DNA of 64,000 bases, from contig NC_092677.1 of the NCBI RefSeq assembly GCF_964355755.1, positions 1,944,101 to 2,008,100 of the forward strand, written 5' to 3'. A model generated the notes under the pieces. It was not told the origin of the DNA and searched no databases. It was given only the letters and a program-made list of their open reading frames with translations. Positions within the stretch are counted from its first letter, which is position 1. Each line of letters starts with the position of its first letter. Both the position numbers and the translations under genes were made by a program. Shown here one piece after another: positions 61,846 through 64,000 of this stretch. The stretch is from Antedon mediterranea (lineage: Eukaryota; Animalia; Echinodermata).

Positions 61846-64000
61846 CTGTAAAACCAAGACAATAAGGACGTTATACGGTACTGATACCAAGTGCTTAACT
61901 TAAGCTATGTCTACCTTTGTATTTTAAGGGCGGGGCCTAAGGGTCCACCCATGGACCTATAAATTAGGTCCACTGGTTGAGTCACTGCAGCCTAGGTTTT
62001 CAACTGCAGTTTACTTCCTTTAATTCTAATGGATAAACAAAAACAATACGATAATTGATGTGATGGCAATTAAACGAGTAATTCGAATTTGGAAAAGATA
62101 AAGTGATGTAGTAAGAAGATAATGAAGATAACGAGGAAAGAATTAAATGAACTCTTCATGAGTTAAGATAATATGTTTAGAATAAAACGATGGACCATGG
62201 ATGTTAAATTAGAATTTATACCTCCATGATCAAACGTGGATAAATGAAACAAAAGCCTCCACGTTGTGTTTTGTACTCCAAGATTATGTTAACGCTTCAC
62301 TGCCAATGCAATTTTGTTAATTCCAGTCGACAATACCGTGTTATTATCAATAAAGATAATATTCAAGAGCGTGAGAATAATTTGAACAATTCCAAATATG
62401 TAGTCTTTAAATGTTATAATTTTGTTCGTGATAGGCCTACTTCTTATATTATGTCCTATTATTAATTAATTTACTATTTATTATCACCACAACACCAACA
62501 TTATTATTTTTATGTAGGAAGAATACAATATAATATTCATATAATATTCATATTTAAAGATAGAATATAATTTCATAATCGATATGAGACTCATAAAACT
62601 GCAGTGAACATCAATTAAAAGTCTCAAACGTGTTCACGTATCACATTATGTAACGTCGACTTTATTGAATAGACTGGGGTACCCCTGGTTTCTATTATTT
62701 TCATATACAATAGGCAACAAGTCAACGTGGTTTGAAAGTCAATAGAAAGCGAACGTAGTCCCATATGAATTACCTTTCGTTTTAAGCCTAAACAATCAGA
62801 ATCGAATGTGTATTATGTAGCAAACATGTCCATTTATCGCTGCGGTACCCCAGAGAAAACCCCGTATCTTAATATTCTTTAAACCTGGCCTGTAGGCCTA
62901 CAAGCCCTAAAATACGTAATTGAAGAAATAGTGGCTACCGTGAGATATATTTACAGTTATGTACCAGATAGGGCCTATTACTGAATTGAGTATCTACCAA
63001 GACCTCATGAAAAGTGTTACAAAATTCATGCTGGATTAAACAACCAAGGAGAGTACAATTTCACTCTCCCTGATTAAACTATAAACCATATAGTTTTCCC
63101 AATGAGCAAAGAATGAATTCTGACTTGACTGACAGTCGCCAACTATTTCACAAAAAATAACATAATGAATCCAGTGGCCAACAAGACATTAGTATGAATG
63201 TGACACGCCCAAATCCTGAAATCGTCACTCGACTTGTAATCGACCACCTTAACCTTCATTTAAATATAATATTTATCACTTAGTCATAATAATGAAAAAT
63301 TAATAATAAATATCAATAACTTATAGGAATATCATAATGACGTCATAACTACCATTGACACCTATGAAAATATGTTATTGATATTGTTGAGTTTACACGT
63401 GTGAGTGAAGATGTACCAAATTACGTAAGGTATGCAAATAATCCTCCTAATACCGGTACTATTATTGCAAACCGAACAACAATAGGCTAGAAATTGCTCA
63501 AATCTATATATATCGTATAGGCCTATGCCTACTATTTTGGATTTTTTTAAACCTGGAATCCGTGGATCTGTAGGCCTATATGCCTACGAACATTATATAG
63601 GCAATCTTTATTCTATTAAACGATTCGTATTCAATTCAAAAGCTGTCGACGCTGGGTTGTGAAATTCTGATAAACAATATCGGTATAAAAGGTTCCTCAT
63701 GGTATAGGCCTAATCAAGGCCAGCAGGAAGAATACATTATTTCTCTCACTATTGTATAGAGTGTCATTAATAAAAATGTGAAGTGAGGGAATTATAGATG
63801 GACAATGCAGGATTCTATCTATTGTTTTTAAAGCTCAATTTCTATCAATTAATTTGATACTTAGTAATTGCAATTTACACACCATTATCCTGGTGTTTTC
63901 CCTGACGAATCTATCCGGTAGTAAACGATTACCTTTAAGGCATGTTCAATTTTTGTCAACAAAATATTTCTAAATAGAATTTTGCTTGTAGTATTATTTA

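Noticed and set aside
63900-63935. CTGACGA...TAAACG as a second hammerhead
   Set aside because: The GAAA box is missing and the stems are unconvincing.

Overview
AT-rich, intron-rich animal genomic DNA; an invertebrate deuterostome such as an echinoderm is my guess from the repeat and motif style, not something I can prove. Positions 1-11.4 kb are a satellite built from hairpin units. It is invaded by a stack of nested non-autonomous DNA transposons (hAT-, Harbinger-, IS3EU- and Academ-like) plus a truncated LINE. The remainder holds minus-strand genes: an 18-coding-exon Janus kinase (FERM-SH2-pseudokinase-kinase, about 1128 aa, with one GC-AG intron); a tandem pair of divergent DHFR-like genes, one of which has lost exon 3 yet stays in frame; a RING-B-box-B-box-coiled-coil-filamin-NHL TRIM gene; and one very acidic 1.4-kb exon of an unidentified gene. 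Introns and intergenic DNA carry many MITEs, two HINE/Helentron-like copies, minisatellites and a Penelope-like fragment with a hammerhead ribozyme core. Exon boundaries were read by eye from splice signals and phase continuity; nothing was checked against databases.
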